IMG/VR virus record: IMGVR_UViG_3300045972_000138 | Coordinates: 127,513-191,512 of that record | Length of the DNA: 64,000 bases | Source of the DNA: a virus | Direction: 5' to 3' (one strand) | Shown here: piece by piece, positions 21,325 through 31,156 of the stretch | Layout: every line of letters starts with the position of its first letter | How positions within the stretch are numbered: position 1 is the first letter of the stretch | Notes under the pieces: model-generated | The model's input: the letters and a program-made list of their open reading frames with translations, nothing else | What the model was told of the DNA's origin: nothing | The model's database searches: none | Position numbers and translations under genes: made by a program

Positions 21325-21695
21325 AACGTAAAGCACTCGGGGTAGGTTTTACCAAAACGACGCATAATAACACCAGCAATGGCGTTAGCGTCGTTTTCAG
21401 TTGTGCTGCCATCTGCGCCATCCATTTCTTCGCCAGCCATCCGTTGTTTGTAATGTACCAACTCGTGTGCAATAGTTCGCATAACATCCATCGGATGTCT
21501 ATTAGCAGTAATTACGTCTATACCATCATCTGTAAATTCGCCGAATGATGAGCCACCGCCTACAGTAGGTTTATCTTTTATAAGGCGAATTTTAGGTAAT
21601 TGAGAAAGACCCAATTCTTTCTTGCACATTTTTAACAAATGTGTTACCATTGTTTCTAATAATATTTCTGATGGTTTCATGTAGCTATTTATCAT
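21321..21695 (-). CDS. putative zinc metallopeptidase (HExxH)
   Basis: IAHELVHYKQ motif; 124 aa; convergent 4-nt overlap with 20350-21324. Confidence 0.5.
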   Translation of the reverse strand: MINSYMKPSEILLETMVTHLLKMCKKELGLSQLPKIRLIKDKPTVGGGSSFGEFTDDGIDVITANRHPMDVMRTIAHELVHYKQRMAGEEMDGADGSTTENDANAIAGVIMRRFGKTYPECFTF

Positions 21696-21719
21696 TATTT
21701 GTGTTAGACTAAATAATCT

Positions 21720-22079
21720 ATGGTACCCCTAAAAATTGCAATTTTTAACGAAGTTAGGAGCAAGCACGAAAAGTCTGCTACGCTAACCGATGAGCAATTA
21801 AACCAAATAATATTTAGAAGTCCAACAGGGCTTAGATTAAACTTCCAAGGATTTTTAATACTAAAGAATATATTTACGGTGTACAGTTTCGAAATGGATA
21901 TATCATTAACCGCCAAGCACCATATTGGTATGGATAAAATGGAATACCCGTATTACTATACAACAAGAAGATTGATATTATTTTCCGAAATGGATGCTAT
22001 GGTAATAAAATTGCATGGCGGTATTAAAGGATTTTTAGATAACTGTTTTACACATAGCAGAGAAGAATGTAATGAATGA
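21720..22079 (+). CDS. hypothetical protein (119 aa)
   Basis: ATGAATGA junction to next gene; competes with minus ORF 21704-21916. Confidence 0.35.
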   Translation: MVPLKIAIFNEVRSKHEKSATLTDEQLNQIIFRSPTGLRLNFQGFLILKNIFTVYSFEMDISLTAKHHIGMDKMEYPYYYTTRRLILFSEMDAMVIKLHGGIKGFLDNCFTHSREECNE

Positions 22080-22512
22080 AGATGAATCGATGGACAGGCT
22101 CTATGAAAGCCTAATCCTCGACCCTGTAAAAGTTTCAGCAGCTATGCCACCGGAATATGTTCGCGGGAATATATGGCCGACATGGTGGGGAAGACCAGCG
22201 ACAAAAGAAGATATAGCATACTACGATACAGATAAACGTTTACATCGTGTATACGGCCCTGCGTATGTGAGCCCTCACTACAAATACGAAATATGGTACC
22301 TCCACGGGGAATTGCATCATGAAGGAGGACCTGCTATAATATTAAAGAACGCAGAGCTTTGGTTCCTAAATGGTCGACCACATAGGTTAGATGGTCCTGC
22401 AATAAGCGGTACAGGTCGTAAAAGAGAATATTGGATTAGTGGTCAACAGCTATCTCCAAAATTCTACAAACTAGAAATCGAGCGCAGAAAGCGTAAAGGT
22501 TTATTGAAATGA
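22072..22512 (+). CDS. tandem-repeat protein (HRxxGPAx / GGPAI repeats)
   Basis: HRVYGPAYV / HHEGGPAII / HRLDGPAIS spaced about 23 aa. Confidence 0.6.
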   Translation: MNEDESMDRLYESLILDPVKVSAAMPPEYVRGNIWPTWWGRPATKEDIAYYDTDKRLHRVYGPAYVSPHYKYEIWYLHGELHHEGGPAIILKNAELWFLNGRPHRLDGPAISGTGRKREYWISGQQLSPKFYKLEIERRKRKGLLK

Positions 22513-22763
22513 TAACTGAAGAAATGACTGTAATGGCATTACAATATAATGCAAAACAGTATCCTCTTGGTTATACATTTTTTCGAAATCATCCACAGAT
22601 GAGATCAGACGGCGCAATGACATTTGGTGCTATTGTTGCAATATATGATAAGGACGGTAATCCGTGCCCTAAAGGCGAATTTGTAAAAATTCAGATGACA
22701 GTGTTACGGGAAAGACAACGACTATATAGAGAACGTAATAATATAAATGAAATATCCATCTAA
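22509..22763 (+). CDS. hypothetical protein (84 aa)
   Basis: ATGA overlap. Confidence 0.5.
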   Translation: MITEEMTVMALQYNAKQYPLGYTFFRNHPQMRSDGAMTFGAIVAIYDKDGNPCPKGEFVKIQMTVLRERQRLYRERNNINEISI

Positions 22764-23688
22764 ATATTTAGAAGTGAATACTAAAGGCAGAGACTTTGTC
22801 ATTGGGGATCTGCACGGATCGTTGTCTTGCCTCCAAAACTTACTTACAAATATTAACTTCGATAAAGAGGTTGACCGTTTAATTTCCGTAGGTGATATCA
22901 TGGACCGTGGCCCACACAGTTTGCAGTGCTTAGAATTGCTGTACGAATCATGGTTCCACTCGGTGTTAGGTAATCACGAAAAGATGATGTTAAACGCATT
23001 CGCTGATCCTAGTAATTCATATATGTGGATGCATAACGGCGGTGAGTGGGCATATGAGCATCTTAACGATTGGAACAACCGTAATAACAAAGCACGTATA
23101 CCGGACGATGCTAGTGTACGCCTGTTTGATTTGATTCCGATAGTTGAAGATCTGCCGTACGTTATTACAGTAGACACTAAGTCTGGTAAGAAATTTCACA
23201 TTATACACGCCGAATTACCGGCTGGTGCTGCAACTGCTACAGACGATCTTATGGATGATCCTGTTGCATTGCACCGACTAGTAACTATTAAGCGTGGCGA
23301 GGGAGAAGCAGTATTATGGTCGCGTGCAGTGTACGGAACACTATACGAGGCTAACCTGCAGAATAAGGATAAACTTGTTCGCAGCATTGCTTACTCAAAT
23401 AGGCAAATGGTATTCAACGATAAGCTATCGCATATTATTTCCGGGCATACTATTGTGCAGGCACCTGTTACAGTAATTGGGCAAACCTGCATCGATACTG
23501 GTGCGTTTGATTCATATTGGAAAATAGTTCAACCATACCAGGGAGGCAATGTTGCTCCTGTAAAATGGGCAGGGCTTACCTGTGTGGATTTAGATAGTTG
23601 GAGATTCTACAAAGCAACTACGCAAACATTTGAAGAAGTTGAACCTGTTGTTATTACACAAAAGGAGATTAACAATGCAAGAACTTGA
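22747..23688 (+). CDS. PPP-family metallophosphatase (lambda Ser/Thr phosphatase / ApaH-like)
   Basis: GDLHG, GDIMDRG, GNHE motifs. Confidence 0.8.
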   Translation: MKYPSKYLEVNTKGRDFVIGDLHGSLSCLQNLLTNINFDKEVDRLISVGDIMDRGPHSLQCLELLYESWFHSVLGNHEKMMLNAFADPSNSYMWMHNGGEWAYEHLNDWNNRNNKARIPDDASVRLFDLIPIVEDLPYVITVDTKSGKKFHIIHAELPAGAATATDDLMDDPVALHRLVTIKRGEGEAVLWSRAVYGTLYEANLQNKDKLVRSIAYSNRQMVFNDKLSHIISGHTIVQAPVTVIGQTCIDTGAFDSYWKIVQPYQGGNVAPVKWAGLTCVDLDSWRFYKATTQTFEEVEPVVITQKEINNART

Positions 23689-23875
23689 TCTCGAAAATGT
23701 AATAGTCGAATATGCATATACCGGAATCACCGGGCAGATATATCACCCAACTATTAAAAACGGTAAGTGGTATATTAATCCGTTGAATGGACCTGTTACA
23801 TTCTATGATGTTGTATATTTGTGCAGGATTCCCGACGACGATGCTCTTATGTTACGATTGAAGTACGGCGGTTGA
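23675..23875 (+). CDS. hypothetical small protein
   Basis: internal ATG 23675 of ORF 23630-23875. Confidence 0.4.
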   Translation: MQELDLENVIVEYAYTGITGQIYHPTIKNGKWYINPLNGPVTFYDVVYLCRIPDDDALMLRLKYGG

Positions 23876-23971
23876 CTGTGTTTGTCCTTTACTTTATACT
23901 ACCGTTGCAGGCTACATTTATGTGTATTGCCTTTTACGAATTATTTGATTCAATTAGAAAGTTAGAGCAAA

Positions 23972-24331
23972 ATGACAGGCTACGCCACAATTCGGAAACT
24001 TCGCAGAATTGAAGAAGAATGCGCTGCTATAGGTATGAAGCTTGCGTGCCCTAAATACGGATGGGGCAATCAGGAACCGGGTACCAGATTAGCTGTTATT
24101 CCGATGGATGATGCATTGCCTATTTTTTGCAGAGATGCAGAATTGTTTACAGGTACGCTTGAAGAATTAAACGAGTGGCTGCTTGGTGTGCAGTGGATGC
24201 ATAATTACTATCTTATGCTCAGACTAGTCGATGAGAAGAAAATCAAGAAGAAAGAAGACGAAATCCGCCACGCCGCGTTGATACGCAAATTGAAAGAACA
24301 ACCCAAAGAAGAAAAGGTAGCAGTATTATGA
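23972..24331 (+). CDS. hypothetical protein (119 aa)
   Basis: ORF. Confidence 0.5.
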   Translation: MTGYATIRKLRRIEEECAAIGMKLACPKYGWGNQEPGTRLAVIPMDDALPIFCRDAELFTGTLEELNEWLLGVQWMHNYYLMLRLVDEKKIKKKEDEIRHAALIRKLKEQPKEEKVAVL

Positions 24332-24837
24332 TTACGATTAAAGAATGGATGGAGTTAGTAGGCTTCCGCATTACTGAAGGCACCGAGTTTGGCTGGCAGT
24401 GTTTTGGATCTTATGCTTATGCACTCGATAGCTGGAACGGCGACAACCAAAAAGGTTATTCGTTGACTATGGTTTTTGACACACGTACACAGGTTGTCTA
24501 CCAAGTCGAAGTTCACGACTACAAGCGCGAACGTGCATACAGTTTCACTAACCCAGATTTTATTGAAGCATACAATGATGAAGAACAGGCACGTGGTGCA
24601 ATCGATTACGATTATAAAATGATCGAACTCGAAGTTCTCGAAGATTGGGTCGAAAAGGCAACTGCCATTGTTGCTGGAAAGAAATACGACAAGCGTGTGC
24701 AGATTCCGTTGAACCTACCTAACGATGTAATGATTGAACTAATGACATTGGCGCATGCCGAAGATATTACGCTAAACAAAATGGTAGAAAAAGTTCTTAA
24801 GGTGGCAATTGAAAGGGCAGAAAATGATTGCAGTTAA
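24328..24837 (+). CDS. hypothetical protein (169 aa)
   Basis: ATGA overlap. Confidence 0.55.
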   Translation: MITIKEWMELVGFRITEGTEFGWQCFGSYAYALDSWNGDNQKGYSLTMVFDTRTQVVYQVEVHDYKRERAYSFTNPDFIEAYNDEEQARGAIDYDYKMIELEVLEDWVEKATAIVAGKKYDKRVQIPLNLPNDVMIELMTLAHAEDITLNKMVEKVLKVAIERAENDCS

Positions 24838-24915
24838 TGTTATTCTTTTAGCATTCTTTGTTGGCTGGACCTACTTGGTTGCGCGTATTGCATATGCAGC
24901 AGGAAAGTCTACAAA

Positions 24916-25521
24916 ATGATACACCCTGACTATAAAGAATATGCAGACGGGCTTGATGCATTTAAAGCAAGATTGCAGGCAGCAGCAAAAGACAAAATGT
25001 CGTTCTTTAATAAAATGATGGAAGAAAAACGTATGAGCAATAGTAAACTGAAACATACCAAGGGTAATCTGCTTGACTTAGCCGAAGCAGGCAAGTTTGA
25101 TATTGTGGTACAAGGCTGCAATTGCTTTAATGCAATGGGCGGTGGCATCGCACGCGAAATTCGCGAACGCTATCCACATGTCTCTGAAGTTGATAGCAAG
25201 ACAGACCGCGGCGATTATAATAAGCTGGGAGACTGGACTTCTGAAGTTGTTATTATAAAAAATGGCACAATTGTATTCGACATTATTAATGCCTACACTC
25301 AGTACAACATGAGCACCGGTGAGGATGTATTTGAATATGTTGCATTCCAGCTTATTTTGCAAAAACTTGCTCACCGGTATCCTAACGGTAAATTTGGTTT
25401 TCCTTATATTGGTATGGGCCTTGCGAATGGTGACAAAAATATTATTTTGGAGATGCTTGACGACTTTGCTACTAAGGTGCATAATACGGGAGGTAGTGTA
25501 ACTTTAGTGGAGTTTGCATAA
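24916..25521 (+). CDS. macro-domain protein (ADP-ribose binding/hydrolase)
   Basis: DIVVQGCNCFNAMGGGIAREI resembles macro-domain VNAAN...GGGV block. Confidence 0.5.
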   Translation: MIHPDYKEYADGLDAFKARLQAAAKDKMSFFNKMMEEKRMSNSKLKHTKGNLLDLAEAGKFDIVVQGCNCFNAMGGGIAREIRERYPHVSEVDSKTDRGDYNKLGDWTSEVVIIKNGTIVFDIINAYTQYNMSTGEDVFEYVAFQLILQKLAHRYPNGKFGFPYIGMGLANGDKNIILEMLDDFATKVHNTGGSVTLVEFA

Positions 25522-25760
25522 TGACAGATACAAAGATTCTTGCAGAATTGAAAGCACGTAAGGCAAAGTTTGGATTCAAACTCGAAGGCGGACTTTATAC
25601 TGCAATTTTTATTCCGCTAGGCAGGATACTGGAATCGCTGAACAATAACAAGTTCACATACTCGGCAGAACTAGCAGGAATGCACGGTACAGATTTTAGA
25701 TTGTATACTGACGATAGTAGTGCTGCAGATTTTATTCGCGTAAATTTTGTTAAGTCTTAG
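25521..25760 (+). CDS. hypothetical protein (79 aa)
   Basis: ATGA overlap. Confidence 0.5.
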   Translation: MTDTKILAELKARKAKFGFKLEGGLYTAIFIPLGRILESLNNNKFTYSAELAGMHGTDFRLYTDDSSAADFIRVNFVKS

Positions 25761-25769
25761 AAAGTTTGT

Positions 25770-26117
25770 ATGGCAGTCAAATATCATTTTATTGGTTGGT
25801 GCAAAGAAGGCAATCACGATAAGGTGTGGGGCATCATTCAGCTTACTGAAAACGATGCTACTAACAATCGAGGTTGGACGGCCTGGCACTCCAATGATTA
25901 TGTAGTTGTTTGGGGTCGGCGTGGTAAGACATTGCAAACTAAGATTCACAAAGATAGCACGCAGTATGCTATGAATCAGCTTGCTGATAAAAAGAAACAC
26001 AAGCCCAAACCAGAAGAGTGCTACAAGGAAGTCGACAAGACCAAACTTGACGAAGTGTATCCCGAGTTTGAACAGGATTTGAAAGAGACAGCGTTTTGGT
26101 CTAAGCTGAAGCTGTAA
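25770..26117 (+). CDS. hypothetical protein (115 aa)
   Basis: ORF. Confidence 0.5.
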   Translation: MAVKYHFIGWCKEGNHDKVWGIIQLTENDATNNRGWTAWHSNDYVVVWGRRGKTLQTKIHKDSTQYAMNQLADKKKHKPKPEECYKEVDKTKLDEVYPEFEQDLKETAFWSKLKL

Positions 26118-26515
26118 TGGTTCAACCCACGCGGCCATGGCCTACTGCACCACCGCACCCTGGTTCATCAAGGGCGATATTAGAAACGTACAGGCAAAAG
26201 GTAAAAATTCAATTGGCCAAATCGGAAATACATAAGCGTACTTTAAATATACTTTCCAATCTATGGTGGAAATATATGCCTGGCACTATTATTGAAGTTA
26301 AGTGGCCAATTGGTAAAGATTCGGCAGATCCAAATCATTACTATAGGCCCGATTTGGAAAAGTACGCAGGCAAGCAAGGATGGCACTGGGATTGGCGCAT
26401 AGGTGGTGTTGCAGCTGAAAATCAGGATGGTACAAAAGGATATGACACGCTGCTGATTAAGTTTTGCAGGAGTAGAGAAGATTACGCAATTGTTGCAAAG
26501 TTAAAATGGATGTAA
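26117..26515 (+). CDS. hypothetical protein (132 aa)
   Basis: ATGG overlap. Confidence 0.5.
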   Translation: MVQPTRPWPTAPPHPGSSRAILETYRQKVKIQLAKSEIHKRTLNILSNLWWKYMPGTIIEVKWPIGKDSADPNHYYRPDLEKYAGKQGWHWDWRIGGVAAENQDGTKGYDTLLIKFCRSREDYAIVAKLKWM

Positions 26516-26526
26516 GAAAGTAAATT

Positions 26527-27165
26527 ATGCCCCAAATTATGGTATGGCAATGCCCGTCAACAAAGAAATTGTTCATTGAGCAGGCAGAGTATAAAACTCA
26601 CCTTGCTAAACTTGCACGCGAACGTCGCAAGGTAAAGCACCACAATTATATTAAGTCTACATTCTTTGAATGGCTCGACGAAGAACGGTTGAAGATGGAT
26701 AGCATTGGCGATATGTCACAATGGTTGTTGGACAATCAACAGACTATTATGGATGCGGCCAATCTTATTCCTTGCGGAAATTGGTCCGACGATAAATTTC
26801 ACGATACTGATCGATTTCTTAAAATTGATTTTACTAGTCTACGTTGGAATCCAAGTATCTCCAATACCCATTCTTGCCCCAAAGGTGGAGTAACAAATTG
26901 GGCAGGTAAAGAACTGTTTGCCAATGGTTTACCAAAACCAAATGGATACCCCGGATGGGGTGGGCGGCTCGAAGGTAGTCTGAAACGCCTTAAGAAGCAT
27001 GACAATAACTATCCCTCAAGTGGATTTTTTAAGCTGGTGGGTCTTCATACTGGTACAGGTGGTGGTGGCAATACGAACTTTGGTTGGGACGTTAAAATCT
27101 TTGCCGAAGAATGGCCGGGCCCTGCAGCAGAGATGACTTTTAACAAGCTGAAAGCAACCGTTTGA
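26527..27165 (+). CDS. hypothetical protein (212 aa)
   Basis: Gly-rich C-terminus. Confidence 0.55.
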   Translation: MPQIMVWQCPSTKKLFIEQAEYKTHLAKLARERRKVKHHNYIKSTFFEWLDEERLKMDSIGDMSQWLLDNQQTIMDAANLIPCGNWSDDKFHDTDRFLKIDFTSLRWNPSISNTHSCPKGGVTNWAGKELFANGLPKPNGYPGWGGRLEGSLKRLKKHDNNYPSSGFFKLVGLHTGTGGGGNTNFGWDVKIFAEEWPGPAAEMTFNKLKATV

Positions 27166-27190
27166 CATATCAGCGATAGCACTACATAAT
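27162..27190 (+). promoter_or_regulatory. sigma70-like promoter TTGACA-N17-CATAAT
   Basis: upstream of 27227. Confidence 0.45.
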
Positions 27191-27226
27191 ACAAACATAT
27201 TAACTTTTTACACAGAAGGACTTAAA

Positions 27227-28330
27227 ATGGCAGCAGCAATTGATACAACCCGCACAGAACGCCCGCGCGACATTCGTACACTCGTTATTCGTTGTATGAA
27301 GGTTGGTCGTCCTCCGATGATCTGGGGACCTCCTGGCATCGGCAAGAGTGAACTGATTGCAGAAATTGGTGTGGAAATGAATCGCCCTGTTATCGATATG
27401 CGTTTGCTGTTGCTGGAACCTACTGACATCAAGGGTATTCCGTATTTCGATCCCGAAACCAAAACAATGAAGTGGGCACAACCTGCAGACTTGCCTACTG
27501 AGTTGAGCCTGAACAACGCAATTTTGTTCTTGGACGAAATCAATGCTGCACCTCCTAGCGTGCAGGCAGCAGCATATCAACTTATCCTTAACCGTCGCGT
27601 TGGTGAATATCGTTTGCCCGCAGGTGTTAGCATGATTTGCGCTGGTAACCGTGAAAGCGATAAGGGTGTTACTTACCGTATGCCAAGTCCGCTTGCTAAT
27701 CGTTTGGTCCACTTTGAAATGGCTTGCAACTTCGAAGACTGGCAAAAATGGGCTATTGCAAACCACGAACATGCTGACGTTGTTGGTTTCCTGAGCCACC
27801 ACAAGCACAAGCTCTTCAACTTTGATAGCAAGTCTCCCGACAAGGCATTCGCTACACCACGTAGCTGGCACTTTGTTAGCGAACTTATCGTCGATGATGG
27901 CTCGCTTACTGAATCGCTCAACACTACATTGGTGGCAGGTTCGGTTGGTGATGGCCTTGCAACAGAGTTCAGCCAACACCGTAAGGTTGCTTCCAAGATG
28001 CCTAAATCCGAAGATGTGCTGTTGGGCAAGGAAACTCAACTCAATGTCAAAGACTTGAGCGCAATGTACTCGCTTACCATCTCTATGTGCTACACACTCC
28101 AAGAATGGGTTGCACGCTCCAAGACTAAGGAAGATGGTTTTGATGTTGCTAAGTGGCATGAATGTGTTGATCACTTCTTCAAGTTCATGATGGCTAACTT
28201 CCAAACTGAAATGATCGTGCTTGGTGCTAAGACTGCACTGCGTGATTACCAACTGCCAATCAATCACCGTCAACTCAAAGAGTTCAAGGGCTTCCATGAC
28301 AAGTACGGTAAGTACATTCTGGAAGATTAA
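27227..28330 (+). CDS. MoxR-family AAA+ ATPase
   Basis: Walker A GPPGIGKS; Walker B LFLDEINAA; 367 aa. Confidence 0.8.
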   Translation: MAAAIDTTRTERPRDIRTLVIRCMKVGRPPMIWGPPGIGKSELIAEIGVEMNRPVIDMRLLLLEPTDIKGIPYFDPETKTMKWAQPADLPTELSLNNAILFLDEINAAPPSVQAAAYQLILNRRVGEYRLPAGVSMICAGNRESDKGVTYRMPSPLANRLVHFEMACNFEDWQKWAIANHEHADVVGFLSHHKHKLFNFDSKSPDKAFATPRSWHFVSELIVDDGSLTESLNTTLVAGSVGDGLATEFSQHRKVASKMPKSEDVLLGKETQLNVKDLSAMYSLTISMCYTLQEWVARSKTKEDGFDVAKWHECVDHFFKFMMANFQTEMIVLGAKTALRDYQLPINHRQLKEFKGFHDKYGKYILED

Positions 28331-28346
28331 TAGCAGGTGATACAGT

Positions 28347-28373
28347 GTAAGGGGCTACGGCCCCTTACCTTTT
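28347..28373 (+). terminator. rho-independent terminator
   Basis: TAAGGGGC-tacg-GCCCCTTA then CCTTTT. Confidence 0.5.
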
Positions 28374-28400
28374 GACATAAAATTAAATATAGTTTATAAT
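28372..28400 (+). promoter_or_regulatory. sigma70 promoter TTGACA-N17-TATAAT
   Basis: consensus hexamers; followed by conserved leader TAACTTTTAAGGATTATATG (28412-28431). Confidence 0.6.
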
Positions 28401-28428
28401 TAGATATCACTTAACTTTTAAGGATTAT

Positions 28429-28755
28429 ATGAAAGACGGTTTAATTTTTGGATTCAATGCAATAGTTGCTGTTATTGCACTGGTCTTCGGTATTGGTGCG
28501 TTGTCGTACGGTATGTACGCATATTTTGCACCAAAGTACACAGCAGTTGACAATCAGGTGTTCCACGAGTCGCAGCAATACAATGACGGAATGATCCGTG
28601 ATTTGGAAAACTTGCAAATGGAATATCTTAGCGCAGATGCTGACAAGAAGGATGCAATCCGCGCAATAGTGTTGCATCGCTTTAGTGTGTATCCGGAAGA
28701 TAAGATGCCGCCAAATCTCCGTAACTTTTACAATCAACTTAAATCTGGAAAGTAA
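28429..28755 (+). CDS. small membrane protein
   Basis: N-terminal TM LIFGFNAIVAVIALVFGIGALSY. Confidence 0.6.
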   Translation: MKDGLIFGFNAIVAVIALVFGIGALSYGMYAYFAPKYTAVDNQVFHESQQYNDGMIRDLENLQMEYLSADADKKDAIRAIVLHRFSVYPEDKMPPNLRNFYNQLKSGK

Positions 28756-28758
28756 ACA

Positions 28759-29265
28759 ATGAAATCTCTACTCAAACTCGCGGCACTTCTTAGCGTAGCA
28801 GCACTGGCGCTGTCTGGTTGTTACGAAGATAACAGCAGCCATGCCAAAGAAGCAGCACAGCAAGAACAGTTAAATCTGCAAGCAGTGCAGGCAGTCGGTA
28901 TGCCAGCTATTACTAATTTTGCCGAACGCCGTATGATGAAAGACATCCTGGAACTGCGCGATAAGGATGTGGCCACCACAACATACACTCGCGATATGAA
29001 TGGCCGTCTGCACAAGATTTGCGATAGCGTAGGATATGGATTGCCATACGCAACGCAATTCACCAATCCGCAGACTGAACACTATGTACCCGGATCGGCA
29101 GGTCATTGGTCAATCCTACCACAAGCTGACCCAAACGGTTTGTACAGCCCTGCGGCAGCAGAAGGCACGTGGGTGATGTGTGTTAATCATAAGACTGGCA
29201 AACCAGCACCTGTGTATATTGAAGATCGCGTAACTGTGTCTCCAATGGAACTTGAATCTAATTAA
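28759..29265 (+). CDS. lipoprotein
   Basis: signal peptide with lipobox LSGC. Confidence 0.6.
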   Translation: MKSLLKLAALLSVAALALSGCYEDNSSHAKEAAQQEQLNLQAVQAVGMPAITNFAERRMMKDILELRDKDVATTTYTRDMNGRLHKICDSVGYGLPYATQFTNPQTEHYVPGSAGHWSILPQADPNGLYSPAAAEGTWVMCVNHKTGKPAPVYIEDRVTVSPMELESN

Positions 29266-29283
29266 TTTAACTGAAAGATTATT

Positions 29284-30138
29284 ATGTCAGAACTCGTAGT
29301 ACAATCATCTGTTGATGAACAAAAGAAGCAGCAATTTATTACATACGCAAAATGGGGTGTGATTGTTGCGGCCTGTGCGGTAGCACTACCCGTGGTAGTG
29401 TTTGGTGCGCTGGGAATGGTAGGCATTATGATTGCCGGCGGCATCGGATTGGTTGGTATCAATGCAGCACCTGTTGTTGCGCTGAAGCTTGCTAATATGA
29501 AGTACCGCCTAATGGATGCTGAAAAAGTGCAGCACATTGAAAAAGTGCAGCAAGCGGCAGCAGAAAATCCGATTGAAACTGCGGTAACACAGTCGCAAGC
29601 GTTTAAGGCACGTGGGGTGAAACAACTCGAAGCTATTACTGCATACGGTACTGAAGTTAACAACTTCGAAACTATGGTTGCCGGATTTGCAAAGAAGTAC
29701 CCTGAGCAGGTAAATCGCTATAAACAGCAACTTGATGTAATGAAGCAAGCACTTCAATTCAAGCAAGACAAGTATTCTGAACTACAGAAGAATATTAAGA
29801 AGATGGACGAAGAAATCGAATTCTTGCGTGCCAACTGGAAGATGAGTCAAGCATTGCAAAAGGCTAATGCATTGGCTGGCATGGATACTGAAGATCCAAT
29901 GGCACAACTGAAAACTGACGCAGCAATTGACGCTGTGGTGAATTCAATCAACCGTGCGTTTGCTGAAATGGATTCTGCAGTGTTGTCTGATGCTGCACAA
30001 TCCGGTAAAGGTACTATCACAGGTCGTGCTACAATGCTTAACGATGCCCCTGGTATGCAAGCATTGGAAAACAATCCGTCACAGACATTGGGTCTTGTGA
30101 CAATGGAAACTGTATCACAAAAGAAAGTAGGTGCGTAA
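29284..30138 (+). CDS. membrane protein with coiled-coil region
   Basis: two TM helices near N-terminus; 284 aa. Confidence 0.6.
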   Translation: MSELVVQSSVDEQKKQQFITYAKWGVIVAACAVALPVVVFGALGMVGIMIAGGIGLVGINAAPVVALKLANMKYRLMDAEKVQHIEKVQQAAAENPIETAVTQSQAFKARGVKQLEAITAYGTEVNNFETMVAGFAKKYPEQVNRYKQQLDVMKQALQFKQDKYSELQKNIKKMDEEIEFLRANWKMSQALQKANALAGMDTEDPMAQLKTDAAIDAVVNSINRAFAEMDSAVLSDAAQSGKGTITGRATMLNDAPGMQALENNPSQTLGLVTMETVSQKKVGA

Positions 30139-31155
30139 ATGAAAAAGATTCTAGTAGCATTGGCTCTGTTTGCTGTAGCAGCATTCGCAGAACCATCATT
30201 TGAACAAATGCAAGAACTGATTGGCCAGAAGAACTATGCGGCTGCAGAACAGGGATTGGAAGTTATTCTCCAAGCACACCCAACTTCTGCCAAAGCATTC
30301 TACTCGATGTCGCAAGCACAGGCTGGACTTGGCCACCTGGATAAGGCACAGCTTGCACTAAACAAGGCACGCGGACTCGATCCTTCGCTGAAGTTTGCAA
30401 GCGAAGATAATATCAAGGCACTGGAGCAAGCAATTACTCCACAAGCGGCAAAGATTGAAGCAGTTGAGCCAAGTCACTTTTGGCGCAATTTGATTTTGGT
30501 GCTGATTGGTGTGATTGCAGGTGTTGCATTCTACTTCTATCGCAAGAAAGACAGGCCCGCTGATGAAAAGGTAATCTTCCCAACACCGCCTGATGCACAA
30601 CCAGCATATGACAGCCCTAGCGATAAGGCTTATATGGAAGAGCACAACTTGAATGATGCTATCAAAGAAAGCTACACACCAAAGAAGCGTGGTCGCCCTG
30701 CTAAGGTTACGCCAGCCCCTGTAGCAACACCGTCACCGTCTGCATATGTTCGTACATACACACCGGCACCTACTCCGGTGTATCAGGCGCCACCCCAGCC
30801 AGTTATTGTTAACAATAACAGTGGTAGCGATATGTTGACAGGTGTAATGATTGGCAGTATGATGAATAACAATCATCACGATCGCACAACGGTTATTGAA
30901 CGTGAAGTGATTGTGGAACGTCCGAGCCGCAGCACGTATGTGGCACCCGAGCCAGCATATGAAGCACCTGCACCGAGCCGTAGCAGTTCCTGGGATGATA
31001 CTCCTGCAAAGAGTTCAAGCTGGAACGATGATAGCTCTAGCAAGTCTAGCAGCTGGGGCAGTAGCTCAAGCAGCGATAGCAGCAGTAGCTGGTCTAGCAG
31101 CGATAGCAGCTCGTCGAGCAGCAGCGACAGCGGATCTTCTAGTAGCTGGGATTAA
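30139..31155 (+). CDS. secreted/membrane TPR-like protein with Ser-rich low-complexity tail
   Basis: signal peptide, TM helix LILVLIGVIAGVAFYFY, KKRGRPAKV motif, tail SSSWSSSDSSSSSSSDSGSSSSWD. Confidence 0.6.
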   Translation: MKKILVALALFAVAAFAEPSFEQMQELIGQKNYAAAEQGLEVILQAHPTSAKAFYSMSQAQAGLGHLDKAQLALNKARGLDPSLKFASEDNIKALEQAITPQAAKIEAVEPSHFWRNLILVLIGVIAGVAFYFYRKKDRPADEKVIFPTPPDAQPAYDSPSDKAYMEEHNLNDAIKESYTPKKRGRPAKVTPAPVATPSPSAYVRTYTPAPTPVYQAPPQPVIVNNNSGSDMLTGVMIGSMMNNNHHDRTTVIEREVIVERPSRSTYVAPEPAYEAPAPSRSSSWDDTPAKSSSWNDDSSSKSSSWGSSSSSDSSSSWSSSDSSSSSSSDSGSSSSWD

Positions 31156-31156
31156 T

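Noticed and set aside
25078-25482. 134-aa minus-strand ORF
   Set aside because: It is antisense to the macro-domain gene and lacks RBS or motifs.
27200-28297. 365-aa minus-strand ORF covering the whole MoxR gene
   Set aside because: It is exactly antisense to a gene with clear Walker A/B motifs, and its translation is Cys/Arg-rich low-complexity typical of shadow ORFs.
29262-29663. 133-aa minus-strand ORF
   Set aside because: It is antisense to the membrane-protein gene 29284-30138; hydrophobic shadow frame.
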